Of a stretch of DNA of 64,000 nt, positions 36,806 to 49,971 are shown piece by piece (within the stretch, counting starts at the first letter, position 1; every line of letters begins with the position of its first letter). This DNA is from Lama guanicoe (Eukaryota), in the NCBI GenBank assembly GCA_013239625.1, contig MU053379.1, positions 3,640,866-3,704,865 on the forward strand, read 5' to 3'. The notes below the pieces were generated by a model. It had not been told where the DNA came from and ran no database searches. It saw only the letters and a list, made by a program, of their open reading frames with translations. Both the position numbers and the translations under genes were made by a program.

Positions 36806-38489
36806 ACTGCCTGCTTTTTTTTTTTATTGGAAATTAACTTTTTGTGGCAAACGGTCAACCCTCAAGTTTCTCAAAATCAGGGACAACTGGGTTACATTCT
36901 TCCTGGAGCAACAACAGACATCAGAATGGGAAGCAGGAAAGGACCAGTGTCAGACACTCGCCCTCACAGAAAACCATCCTGAGCTTAACTCCCCGGAACC
37001 CGTCCTCGGATTTTGTTGGGGGTCAGTGGTGGTGGCCTGAGTTCACAGCCGGGAATTTTCAGTGCAAACGCCTCCACTTTGGATGGCTTGGGGCACAGCC
37101 TACATCCTACTTGGGGAATCACTCGTGCTTTCTGAGAAGAGTGTGATTAATCTGCCTCAGTGGCCGTCCCTATGCTGAATGTGAACAAGAAGGATCTCCA
37201 TGTGGCATTCGCTTTGTGTTTGAGGCCCTGGCAAAGGTAGGTAACCTGACGGAAGCCTCTGGATGCAAACTCTGCTGAAGCCACGTGCTGGGAAAGTGGG
37301 CCTGGACACCAGCTTCCAGACAGTGGGAAGCTCACCGCCGCCTGGGACTCAGCTCTGCCTGATTTTTGTGGATGCTGGTGCCATGTTGGAGTTTCCTCAC
37401 CCAGGCGGACAGAGCCAGAGTCTTTGCAGAAGCGTTTCTCAGGCATTGGATTCTCTGCACGTTGACTTCTCCAGTGATCACGTCCCAGCACCCTGCTACC
37501 CGCAGAGCCCCGAGACTTGAGGGGCTCCCCGCCGGCGCTCACTCCCCGCTGGAGCTGGTAGGTAGAGGCAGCGGACAGGCGGCCGCGAGGCAGGTGGCTC
37601 CACCCCGTCACCCACGCGGTGGGAGAGGCTTCTTGATTTAAGCCAAAGGCGACCTTGAGAGAAGTGCGTTGGGTCCACGTGCGTGTGATGCCGATGCCAG
37701 CATCTCCAAACGGTCTGCTTAGCACAGATCCCATTTTCCCACGGCCGTTTCTTGCCCATTACTGAGAGCGCCTGTCTACCAGGCGCGCTACACGTTTGCA
37801 GTGGTCAGGCTGCACCAGGCTACTCACTGCCCAGCGTTCATCCTTCAGGGTGGTGGTCCTCGCCCTGGCGGGGGCTGCCCCTCCCACCCGAGTGTTGGGT
37901 CCAAGCCCTGGGGTGGAGGCTGCCCTTACACACGAAGAGCCAAAGGGCCCTCTCACAGACCCAAGCAATCCCGTAAGCAGTGACGAAGGACATTTGGGGA
38001 ACACGGGGTGAGGCAGGGGTGGGCTGAGGCTGGGCTGCTCGGAAAGGGACTGGAGCCTGGGCAGAAGTGGCAGGAAGGAAGCTGAGTTGGTGGCGGAGGT
38101 GCCGGGAGGCTGGGCAAAGGTCTGTCTTCACAGGCCCCCCAAGAAGGAGCGGTGCTCAGCAGACTGGAAGGACAAACGGAGGGTGTGAGACAAGGCCAGC
38201 GACGGAGAACGGAGAAGCCCTGGCTCGATTTCTCCCGTGGAGGCGATGCGACTACTGGCTCAGCCCTAACGGCTCTGCTTGCTTCCTTTGGGCACGTCTT
38301 GCGCTCGCTCCTCAACTGCGTCTTAGAAGCCTTGAGGCTCAGAAGCCGACGGTGTAAAGCCGGCCCATGGCACAGATGCCATGGACTCCTCCCGAGGACG
38401 TGTGGGCAGCAGGTCCTGCGCTCCCTCTGGGCGTCGTCCGGGGCAGCGGCTCAGAAGCCGGAACTCCAGCTTTCCAGCACTGAGGCTGG

Positions 38490-38650
38490 TCCCCGTCCTG
38501 GCTTCTTGGCTGTGTGGCCTCGTGTAAACTACGTTTTCTGTGCCTCCATCTCCTCCCCGGTGTGGGGGGTAGTAAAAGCAGTAGCTGCCCCACAGGGTTA
38601 CTGAGGAGATCGGATGAGGTGATGCGGCCAGGTAACCGGCACCTGTTGGT
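38490..38650 (+). mobile_element. MIR SINE
   Basis: GGCTGTGTGGCCTCG..TCTGTGCCTCC..CCCCACAGGGTTACTGAGGAGATC. Confidence 0.65.
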
Positions 38651-40225
38651 ACCTGACAGGGCTCTCCGAGGCTCACCACCTGACACCTTTTGATGGGCCT
38701 ACATCCAGCAATAGGCTGGAAGTGCCAATAAAAACACAATTTTTTTTAAAGAATTTACAAATCTAACCCTTTTATAAATGCTGACAGGGTTTTCCACCAA
38801 TAGACTGACTTCTGGGGTCTTATCACATATGCAGTTTTAGAGAAGTTCTGCTTGTTCGTAACTCTTGCAAAGCCAATCCCGAGCCAGTTGCATGGATAGA
38901 AAAGTGCAGTAATGCACGTGGACACGTTCTAGTCAACGTGTCACAATGGAGCCCTTAAAAAATGCTGCTCAGTCTGGGGTGTCAGTGAGACTCCAAATTG
39001 TTAGCTTTCTTTTGTAATTGAAGTACAGTCAGTTTACAATATTGTGCCAGTTTCTGCTGTACAGCATAAAGGTTCAGTCCTACATGTACATACATGTATT
39101 TGTTTTCATATTCTTTTTTATCATAAGTTAGTACAAAATATTGAGTATAGTTCCAAATTATTATCTAAAAGTCATCATTTCCTTGAACTGCGTAGGAATG
39201 GGTGAGACAAGAGGAGAAGAGTACATATAAAAAATCAATAGTTTTCACCCAGATGACATCACACAGAAAAAGTTACTTTTACTATGTCATGCAACACTTT
39301 CAAACACACGGAGGCATTTTTTATCTCCACGTGATGTTTTCTCTCCTAAATACTGCCCTGTTGTGGCCATGAGAACATCAGACATATAAAAAATTCAAAA
39401 CTGTCCTCCCTGCTACAACTATAAAAACACCATTTTTTTCCTTCCTTCTCTCCCTCTGGGGGCCAGCTTTATACTGTCCTAGGAGTTTTGGCGTCACACC
39501 TGTCACACGGTGCTGTCGTGCTTTAGAGCATCAGCGTTTTTCCATGCGTGTTAACTAAACACACAGCCTCTTGTCTGCTGCGAGCATGTGAAGACAAGCC
39601 CCCTGGAGGCGCTTGGGCAAGCGCTGTGCGGGGACTTAAATTTCAGCTTCGTGTGCACGACTGTTGAAGACTCCCTGTCAGTCAGTGCAGGGCAGCTGGG
39701 ACCAGGGGAAGGAGGTGAGGGAAGGGCACAGCTCTCCTAAGGACGCAGTGAGGTGGAGCTGAGGGAGGATATGAGAGGGGACGTCTTTAACCTAACGGGG
39801 CACCAGGAGCGCGGCGCTGCTTCCCAAGACCCGGGATCAGGGCAGACACAGTATCTGCTTGTCCCCCAGTGCCTGGTGCAGGGTCTTCACCTGCGTTCCC
39901 TGGGAGCGAGGGAGTAACCTGCCCCTCGTGAGAGGCCCTGCATGAGCCCGCGTGGGTGTTTTTCTGGGGTTCACTGTGGTCACGTCTGGATTGCTGGGGT
40001 GTCAGGAGCTGAGCCAGGGTGCTTCCAGGCATCATGGTTTCTTTCCTCTTCCTCACACCTGCCGAGGCGATCAGTCACCTTCTAAGTGTCTCACACACCT
40101 GTCCCTCTGCCCCACTCTCACACCAGGTCCAGGCCTGCTCTGCTCCTTGCCTGGATTATGACAGTGATCTCATCTCTGAGGCCTCAAACTGGTCAAACTT
40201 GCATGCGTCAGAAGACACGCTCAAG

Positions 40226-43200
40226 TAACAGCAGGGAGGACGGCAGAGTGGAGGAGCACTCGCGGCTTCTCTCCACTCTGACAACAGTCGCAGGGGCAGA
40301 CACTGCCGGGTGACTGTTTGGAATTTTGGGGTCTGTTTGAAGCTGGCAGCTGGCAGGGGAAGGCTTGGATGGTGAGTCTTGGTTAATTTCAGGCAGTTTC
40401 AGCTCTGAGCTGGTGGGCGCCTGTCTCAGCCCCATGGCAGGCAGCTGTGCACTTGCTCCTGGAACAGCTTGCTTGCGGCTCGCAGGAGCCAGGGTGGGCA
40501 GTAGGGCTTTGTCCCCCAAATATCAGGGACCTCTCTTCTGGTCACTGATTGCTGCTTCTGATTGTGCAACCCCCACCACCGTGGTTACAACCTCCTCTGG
40601 CTGAAGTGGCTTCTTTTTTTTCCCCCTTTATTTCCCTCTTTCCCCCACTTTTGGTAGCCAGACATTTAAGGACTTGGACAATCAAAAGCAACCACATATA
40701 TGGGAGAATTAAAAAGGTCACCGCATGGGCCCTGGGAAAGGCACAGGCTCAGGAGAGACCCAAGGAGACCTTCAGCTTACACTGCAGGCTGATTCTCGGC
40801 ACAGAGCCAAATCACAGCAATCAAAGAAACAAAATAAAACCAAAATAAACCAAAAACAAAAATTAAAAAGCCCCAGCAAGCTCTGGGGAAAAGGAAGGCT
40901 CTAATTTCCATAGTTATCCCATGATAAGATTCAAATGCTTATTTTTAAACAAAAATCACAAGGCACACTGAGAAATAGAACAGGTCCCCGAGAAAGACCA
41001 GCCTGTAGACTTACTAGACACAGCTTTTAATGCAGCGTCTTAAAGACGCTCAGGAAACTAGGGGGAGTCACGACAAAGTCAGAAAACGATTTATGAAGAA
41101 AATGGAAGCACTGGTGAAGAGACAGAAAACGTAAAAAGGAGTCCTTGAGGTCAAACCACAATAATGGAAACAGCAATTTCCCAGAGGGATTCAAGAGCAG
41201 GCTCGAGCTGGCGTAGGAAAGAACTGGCGAGCCTGAAGACAGGCGTGTTGACATTTTTGAGTTTGAGACAAAAGGAAAAAAAGACTCAAGAAAAGTGAAC
41301 AGAGCCTAAGGGGCTTGTGGGGCACTGTCAGCAGACGCACATACACTTTGTGGGAGTCCCGGGAGGAGAAGAGAAGGAGAAAGGGGCAGAGAGATTATTT
41401 GAATAAATAGTGGCTGGAAACTTCCCAAATTTGGTGAAAGACATGAATATAAACATCCAGAAAGCTCAACAAACTCCAAGTGTGATGAATTCAGAGGCCC
41501 GCCGAGGTATATTAAAACCAAACCATCAAAAGCCAAAGATAAAGAAAGAATCTTGAAAGGAGCAGGAGAGGCAACTGGTCACATAGAAAGGAGCCTCAGT
41601 GATTGTCATCAGACACCTCATCAGGAACCAGAGGGCAGTTGTCAGCAGATTAAAGGTATTGAAAGAAAAAACGGTCAACCCAGAAGCCTGTACGCAGCAA
41701 AGCTGCCTTTCCAAAATGAGGGAGAAACTAAGATAGTCTAAGATAAACAAGAGCTGAGGGAGTTTCAGCGCCAAACCTGCCCTGTAAGGAATGCCAAGGG
41801 GGTCCTCCAGGTTGGAATTTCAGGACAGGAGACAGTGACTCAGAGCTGAGTGACGACATACGATGTCCAGTAAAAGCGAAAACGTGGGCAGTTATAAAGC
41901 TTGCATTGTTGTTCCTTTCATTTGTCACACTGCTTTTTTGTTTCCTACATGATTTCAGAGACTAAAGCATAGAAATGCAATTATTAATCTATGCTTTTGG
42001 ACACACAGTACATGAAGATGTAATTTCTGTGACATTAGTCTCTAAAAGGAGGTGGGGACAGAGCTATATAGGAGCAGAGGTTTTAAAATTGAAGTATACC
42101 TGCTTTACAATGTTGTGCTAGTTTCAGGAGCACAGCAAAGTGATTCAGTTATAGATATATCTCCATGTGTATGTATGCATATATACTGAATAGAAAAAAA
42201 ATCAACCAAAAGTTGATTCTATGACAGATTAACAAAATTGACAAACCTTAGCTAGCTTGGCTAAGGAAAAAGGAGAGAGTCTCCAATGACTAAAATCAGA
42301 AATGGAAGTGGGACATTACTACTGATTCTGCAGAAATAAAATGGACCATAAGAGAGGACTATGAACAACTACACGCCAACAGATGGCGAACCTAGAGGAA
42401 AGGGACAGATTCCCAGAGACACACAAACTGCCAGCACTGAATCATGAAGAAGGGAAGGAAACCTGACTAGTTGTGTGACCAGTAAGGAGGCTGAATCAGC
42501 AATCAGACACCTCCCGACATAGGACGTCCCTGGTCTTGACGGCTTCGCTGGTGGATTCCACCAAACACTTGGAGGATGAACTCCAATCCTCCCAGAAAAC
42601 TGAAGAGGAGGAAGATTTCCTAACTCATTCTGTGATGCCAGCGTTACTCGGAGGCCAAAGCCAGACAAAGACGTTATGAAAGACCAATGTCGCATGAACA
42701 TTAATGCAGAAATCCTCAGCCAAATGCCAGCACACTGAATTCAGCACAGGGACTCAGACACATGCACACCAAGGCTCAGTAGGTCAGTAAAAGTGACCAA
42801 GTGGATTTACTGTTAGAGCAAGGGGATGGTCTAACGTACAACACTGATCAGTGTCATATACCACTAACAACATACCGTTGTCAGAATAAAGGAAAAACAC
42901 CCACACAGGCATCTCACTGGATGCAGAAAAAGCACCCGACAAAATTCAAAACCCTTTTGTGATAAAACAGTCCACAAACTGAGAAACAGGGAAACTGTCT
43001 CAATATAATAAAAGCATGTACAAAAAAACTTACATCTAACGTCATATTCAAGAGTCAAAGACTGAAAACTTGTCTTCCAGAATCAGAACAAGGGTGCCTG
43101 TTTTTGCCGCTTCTATTCAACATCGTGTTGGAAGAGCTATAGAGAACAATTGGGCAAGAAACAGACCTCCACACTGGAAAGAAAGAAGTAAAATTACCCC

Positions 43201-45140
43201 TCTCACAGATGTCATGGCCTTATCTGCGTGCAGTCTTAAAGATTCCAGAGAAACCTGTTAGAACTAGTAAATGAATTCAGCAAACTGCTAGTGCGTAGCA
43301 ACACACAAAATCAGATAGGTTTCTGTGCACTGACACTGAACAATCCAGAAATGAAGTTAACAACACAATTCCATTTACAATAGCATTAAAAAGAACAAAA
43401 TACTTAGGAATTGGCTTAACCGAGGATTTGAAAGGCTTACACACTGAGAATTACAAAACATGGCCAAAAGAAATGAAAGAAGGCATAAACAAACAGAAAA
43501 CACCTGTATCTGTGTTCACGAATCAGAAAACTTAGTATATTAAGACGTCAACACTATCCAAAGCCATCGACAGGTAAAATGTAATCCTTATCAAAGTCCC
43601 TAAGGTGTTTTTTTGCAGAAATAGGAAAATCCTTCCTAAGATTCATATGGAATCTCAGGAGACGCTGGAGAGCCAAAGTAATCTTGGGAAAGAATGAAAC
43701 TGGAGGTCTCACCCTTCCTGATTTCAACATTTACTACAAGGCGCAGTAATCAGAACAGCGTGGTGTTGGCATAAGGACCAACACATAGACCAATGGAATA
43801 GAAGAGAGAGCCCAGAAATAAACTCTCACATATATGGTCAAATGGTTTTTTGACAATGTTGCCAAGACCACTTGATGGGAAGGGACAGGCTTTTTAGCAG
43901 ATGGAGCTGGGAAAACCGGATATCCACATGTAAAGAATGAAGTTGGACCCTTATAACACCATGTAAAAAATTAACTCAATATGGTCCAAAGACCTAAACA
44001 TATGAACTAAAACTACAGACTCTTAGGAGAAAACTTAGAGAAAATCTTCATGATGTTGAATTTGACAATGATTTTCTCAGATATGGCAGCCAATTGGACT
44101 TCATCAAATTTAAAACATTTTGTGCATCAAAGGACACTATCAGCAGAGTAAAAATGCAACTCACATAATGAGAAGATATTTGCAAATTGCATATCTGCTA
44201 AGGGATTGATACCCACAACAGAGAACTCCAAAAACTCACAATGAGAAAACCAGAGAACCCAATTCAAAAATGGGGACAGGACTTGAATAGACATTTCTTC
44301 AAAGATGATACGTAGATGGCAACAAGCAGATGAAAGTACGCTCAGCATCACGAGTCATTACAGAAATGCGAGTCAGGACCACAGCAGGTACAGCTTCTCA
44401 CTCTCTCGGATAACTACAAAAAAGAATGGGGAATAGCAAGTGTCGACACAGATGTGGAGAAATTGGAACCCCCCTACATTGCTGGTAGGAATGTAAAATG
44501 AGGCAGCTGCTGTGGGAGACAGTTTGGTGGTTCCCCAAAAAGCTATACATTGACTGTGTGCTCCAGCAATTCTACTCCTAGAAATATACTCAAAAGAATT
44601 AAAAACAGGGACTCAGATACTTGTACACCAAGGTTCACAGCAGAATTATTCATAGTAGCCAAAAAGTTGGAAAAAAACATTTGTCCAAGTGTCCATCAAT
44701 AGATGAATGGATAAGCAAAATGTGTATTCGTGCAATGGAATACTATTCAGCCATGAAAAAGAGCGAAGCTCTGACACTTGCTACAACATGGTTGAACCTT
44801 GAAAATGTTACGCAAAGTGAAATAAACTGGACAATAGAAGAACAAATATTTATGATTCCATTGCTATGAGGTACCTAAAACAGGCAAATTCTTAGAGACA
44901 GAAAGCAGAGTAGAGGCTATTGGGGCTGGGGGCAGGAGAGAAGAAGGAATTCTTGTTTAGTGGATACAGAGTTTCTGTGTGGACTGATGGAGAAGTTTTG
45001 GGAATATATGATTATACAACATTGATCTATATAATTAATGTCATTGATTATACACTGAAAAAATGGTAAAAATGGAAAATTTTATTATATTTTACCATAA
45101 TTAAAAAAGAGTAAAAAATAAAAATAAAGCAATAAAAAAT
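40226..45140 (+). mobile_element. Long degenerate L1MB-type element (5' UTR, ORF1, partial ORF2, 3' UTR, poly-A)
   Basis: ORF1-like 40900-41830 (AAACTTCCCAAATTTGGTGAAAGACATGAAT); ORF2 RT/C-terminal 42190-44870 (MEYYSAMKKSEALTLATTWLNLENV); the endonuclease region appears missing; A-rich tail near 45100. Confidence 0.9.
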
Positions 45141-45349
45141 GCTCTCCCCATACATAAAATAAATGATTAAAAATCTAGAAATAAATAGAGGTGAATATTT
45201 GCTCTCTGAGTAGGAAAGGTCATTGAAAGGAAACTTGTGAGGAGAGGAATCCTAGGTTGTCTAAACACAAACTCTGGGCTTCTTATTGACTGAGTTACCT
45301 AATGTCTGTATTGTTTAAGCCGTCCCTTGTATTTGACTGTAACCTAATA

Positions 45350-46340
45350 CATGAAGGTTTTTTGGATAAAGTGTTTGAGGAGGGCTCTCTGAGCAGGTGA
45401 CATTTGAATGATGTGAAGAAGTGAGTCAGATCTCCACAGCAAAGATCAAGCTGGTTTGTCCAGGGTGGCAAGAAGGAAAGTGTGGCTGGGGCACAGGGAG
45501 GTAAGGGGCAAGATTGGCAAGATGGACGGTGGCAGAGAGAGTGGTGATGACCAGGCTGGGGGAGGGAGGTGTGGACCAGACCGCAAAGGCCTTGGGTGCA
45601 CACTGTGCATTTGGCTGTGATTCTGGGTGCTGTAGGAAGCCACTGGTGGGTTTTGAGTTTGGTGACACGATGTGATTTATAGTTCAAAAAGCTAACTCTG
45701 GTAACCATAAGATTGTTTACTGTGTCTGTGAATCCATTTCTGTTTTCTGGCTGAGTTCAATAGCATCTTCTTTTTTTCTTTTATTTTTAGATTCAACATA
45801 TGAGTGATATGGTATTTTTCTTTCTCTTTCTGGCTTACTTCACTTAGAATGACAGTCTTTGGGTCCATCTATATTGCTGCAAATGGCATTATTTTATTCT
45901 TTTTTTGTGGCTGAGTAATATTTCATTGTAGAAATACGCCACAGCTTCTCTATCCAGTCATCTGTCGATTCTGTACACCAGAAGTTGACACATTGTAACT
46001 GACTATACTTCAATTAAAGGAAAAAAAAGCTAACTCTGATTCCTGCCTCAGGAAGACCAGTTCGGAATGCTGCTGTGGTCCACATGCACAATGCTGTTGG
46101 CCTGGCTCACGGTGGCAGCTGTGGAGGTGATGGGGAGTGGTCCAACTCAGGATGTGTTCTGAAGGAGTAATCACCTGGATTTGTTGACGGAGTGGATGTG
46201 AGGACTGCAGAGGTGAGAGGAATCATGAATGATGCCCAGGTTTTTGCCAGAGCCATTGGGTGAGTGGTGGTGGCAGATTCCAAGAGGTTGAGACTGCAGG
46301 AGGGCAGGTTTTGGAGTGTGGATTTGGGGTGATCAGAGAA
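45350..46340 (-). mobile_element. LINE-2 fragment interrupted by a young L1
   Basis: GAGGGCTCTCTGAGCAGGTGACATTTGA..GGAAGCCACTGGTGGGTTTTGAG..GATGCCCAGGTTTTTG. Confidence 0.8.
45701..46023 (+). mobile_element. 5'-inverted (twin-primed) truncated L1
   Basis: Antisense L1 45701 to about 45969, then the sense 3' end and poly-A; 15-bp TSD AAAAAGCTAACTCTG at 45686 and 46024. Confidence 0.9.
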
Positions 46341-46389
46341 AAGCCCCAGGAAGGAAAGGATTAGGATCTGGCTTTGCTTTTTATACAAG

Positions 46390-46800
46390 ATAATGTCATG
46401 TGGTCCACAGTGCGACTCCTCTGAAAATGATGTGGTCCCTTCCGACCCTCTCTGCTGTTTGTTTAGCGATCCTGTTCACCTTCGTTGACTCAGATCTGAG
46501 TGTTTCCCTGGTGGGCCAGGCTAGCAGCCCTGAAGAACTTGAGTTTCCTCTGCTGTCTTTTGATCAAAGCTCTTTTTTTGTTTCCTTCTCCAAGCTGTTG
46601 CCTCTGTACGGTGGGTGACGCCTCCAGAGGGTGAAACTGCTTGCATGGCCCAGATTCTGACCCGCTCACAGGTCAGTGGGCTGGGAGTCACCGGCTTCTC
46701 AAAGCTGTGTGTTTGTACAGGGCTTGTTTCAGATGCCGCCTCGTCCAGAAGATCTCACCTGAGTCACCGTCAGCTTTCACTAAGATGCTGTGAGCTACCC
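46390..46800 (-). pseudogene. Fossil exon candidate (3' boundary unclear)
   Basis: ctttccttgtggtcag acceptor; DLLDEAASETSPVQTHSFEKPVTPSP..RRKQKKSFDQKTAEETQ. Confidence 0.4.
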
Positions 46801-47139
46801 CTGACCACAAGGAAAGCCCACACAGGCAGAGAATAGGAAAGTGAGTATTTTTTCCAAAAACATTGAGGAAGCCTCAGTGTAGGTCCCTCAGACAAAAGAG
46901 GGTTTGTCTGTGCCAGGATGGTGCCCGTGGCCTCCAGTGTTCTCCAGGATGGGAGGGTCCTTCACCTCTCCTTCCCCTCGTCTCTGTTTGATAAGCTCTC
47001 AGGCTGCCGAGTCCAATTAGTTAACTATGAACCTTCTCAGCCACTGCGCTACCGGGAGCACCTCGCCACGTCGGTAAACACCGGTGGCACCACTGTTGCG
47101 TGAGATTTATCCTGTCAGATCCTCTGCCACCCTTTGCCT

Positions 47140-47310
47140 CCTTGACGCCTTGCCCAAACCCCGTGAAGAGGTCATGACGGGTTTCACCTTAGAGATGAGG
47201 AAACCGAGGAAGAGGGAGTTAACCAGCTTCCGAGGGCACACAGCTGGTGGGTGGAAGAGGTGGAATTTGAAGCTGGGCGGCGTGAGTCTGGAGCCTGCCC
47301 TTTTACTCAC
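47140..47310 (-). mobile_element. MIR SINE
   Basis: AGATGAGGAAACCGAGG..GAGTTAACCAGCTTCCGAGGGCACACAGCTGG. Confidence 0.75.
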
Positions 47311-47562
47311 TGTTGTCTGACCCGCTGAATGGACCGCGTCCTTTCTGTGCGCTTGTGTCGTGCTCTGTCGTGGTCGCACGCGGTTGGCCTCCGTGGGGCC
47401 GCCGCGCTGCGCGCCTCAGCTGCCGCCAGCTCCCTCTGCAGCGGGCTGTGTGGCGGGGGCGCCCGTGCCGTCGGAGCTTCGCAGGCTGGGATGGGCCTTT
47501 CCTGGGGACCGACTGGCGCCCTCCTTTCCTGTGTCCATTCCTATGGCCTTGACGCGGATTAC

Positions 47563-47789
47563 CAAAGCGTTTTTCAGAAGGTCGTGCACGCCATCCGCCT
47601 CCACGCGGGGGCCAGTTTTACATCACTGTTGACGGTGTGAGACAGGGCGGTCGTCTCTGTGTGCATTTGTGAGTCGTAGCTTCCCGCCTCTCGCTCGCTG
47701 CGTCTCTTGGCCTGCTCCCTGCCGACGCCCTTTGCCCTCCGAGGCCGGCCTTTTGTCGTCCAGATCACAGAGCTCTTTCTGTGTGGCTT
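47563..47789 (-). pseudogene. Fossil exon candidate (227 nt, phase 1 start)
   Basis: taatttccaatacag|AAGCCAC..GCTTTG|gtaatc; EATQKELCDLDDKRPASEGKG.. Confidence 0.5.
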
Positions 47790-48559
47790 CTGTATTGGAA
47801 ATTAACACATTTGGTAGGTAAACCCAACAGAGAGAAAACGGATTAATTCTGTGTTTTGCGCAGCGCCTTACATTCTGCTCTTCCCCAGCACTGACAGTGA
47901 GCCGCGAGGAATGATCCATGTGGCCAGAGGAGGAAGTCACCCCATTTTAACAACAAGTCGCCAGGGATGTTCCCTCCTCTGAGAGAAGCCCGCACCTTCT
48001 CCTCCTGTCTCAGAGGAAGGGGACACGTTGGAGAAGGGGACCAAAGCTCCCTCGGGGGGCCCTGTTGCCAGAAACCAGCTTAGGTAGGCTCTGTGCCACC
48101 CTCTGGGGAGCCAGAGGGCCCCGGCCGGGTGTGTGCGCTTTGGGCCTGGCTCAGGCGTGGGCTGGCCTTGCTTTTATTCACGCTCGTTCCCCTTTTATGA
48201 CATTGGCCGTATCCTCAATGGTACCACAGTCCCCGGGGGAATTTCAGTGGAAACAAACGTGAACAAACCTAAACCACACGACTGCTGACACTCAGCTTCC
48301 CTTCCCAAGTGACCCAGGTGCCAACCTGACCGACCCTGAAGGGCTGCGGACCAGCTGGTCTGGGGGCTCACGGGGCTGGTCACAGCAGTGGGTTCTGGAG
48401 ACGTGGTGCTCAGAGGGGCTGTGGTCAGAGCCAGCGGGCTGAGTGGGACCAAAGGTTTGATGCTTGAACCTCAGGCCTTTCTTAGAAGGCTGGCCCCCCT
48501 ATCCGTGCCTGGGGGTCCCCCAACCCTTGACCACACCTGTCACGGGAGGGTTTCTCTGA

Positions 48560-49160
48560 GGCGGAGCGTAGCGGGCGGGATGTTCATTGAGGTGTGTCCT
48601 TGGGACCCAGGCCTGTGGACGGGCGGGGCGGGAGGAGGGAGCCGAGATTCAGCCCCTGGACGGCCCCCCGCCCCGGGCGCTCGCTGTGGTGCAGGCGCCC
48701 CTCCCCGGTGGCCGGCGCTCTCCTTCCACGGCAGCCGGCCGGCCGTGGGCCAGCGGGGGAGGGGCGCGGCGTGGGCGAGGCGGCGCTCCGGCCGCCGCTT
48801 TTCCTCTGCCTTCCTCCGGGGCTTGTTTCCCAGGTCTGCTCCATGTCCAGAACCTCTGCGTGACCCTGCTCTTTCTTCCCTTCTGCTTCGAAGTACGCCT
48901 GCACTTGACGTCCTCCCCACCCCTCCTGTCGGATCCCCCTCCCACTCTCCCCGCACTCCCCCAACTCCCCCAAAGCAGGGGTGCCCGGCCCAGACCCCCG
49001 ACCGCGCCTGGTCTCGGGGCGGCTGGAGGAGGCGCTCCCGGAGCCTCAGAGCCCCCCACCTCCGGCGCCGCTGCGTCCCCAGCCTCCCCGCCTCCAGGCT
49101 CTCCCCGAGGTCGCCAGGCAGGGAGCCCCCTTCTGCAGGAGGGTGAGCGAGCGCGTGGGA
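48560..49160. promoter_or_regulatory. CpG island with GC boxes
   Basis: GGGCGGGGC near 48622, CCCCGCCC near 48666, dense CpG. Confidence 0.55.
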
Positions 49161-49971
49161 GCAGCTCAGACCTGCTCTGCTTTATGAAAGGAAGTGTCTT
49201 ATGAGAACCTTCTCGGGGCTGCATTATTTATTACCTGTGGGTTACTTGTGGCAAACTCCACACTGCTACGGGCCAAGGGGCACATGCAGGGCTGGCGACG
49301 TAACTCATGGCACCTGGAGCAAGAAAAAACGTGGGGCCCCCAAGGCGGGTGGGAAGTCCATGTCCCCTTCCCACTGCCAGCGGACGGGCGAACCCCGAGT
49401 GACTACAGCGTCCTGGACGCAGGGTTTTGACACGCTCAGGAAGGCGTTCGGGGCGCTCACTCGGAGAGGCAGGCTTTGGGGAGACAGAGACACGCTGTTA
49501 ACGTCTTTAGCTGCCTCGGCACCTCAGGAGGCGACTCCGTGGGTGACGTCCTGAAGTTGTCCTATAAAACAGGCAGGGAGATGCCCAGACCTGACACAGG
49601 GGAAGTTTGTGCCGCACAGAAGGAAGTCACAGACGGCCTGCGGCCAGCCTGCGGACGACGGGGACGCTCTGCGGGTTGTCAGGGGGCACGGGTTCTGGTT
49701 TCCCACTTCTGAGCCAAAGGCCGGCCAGGGAGTGGCGGGTGTTTCGAAGGGCTGGAGCTGAAGGCAGGGGACTGCTCCCTTCCCGCCCGGTGCCGGGAGC
49801 GCTGGGTGGAAGCCACCTGGCAGGGGGCTGGGTGGCTCCGAGAAAGGTGCCGCCGTGGGAAGCAGAGGTGGCCGGCCGGACGGCCCAGAGTCCACCCTCC
49901 TGCTGGCCTTGCGGTTCCCGCGTGGCACAGAAGGCACCACAGTCCTCACACGCCCAAGGCAGCTGTCGCTT

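Noticed and set aside
40900..44870. Active L1 / functional RT
   Set aside because: Numerous stops and frameshifts and a missing endonuclease region.
48388..49224. 252-aa and overlapping ORFs
   Set aside because: CpG-island artefact; multiple frames are open with low-complexity products.
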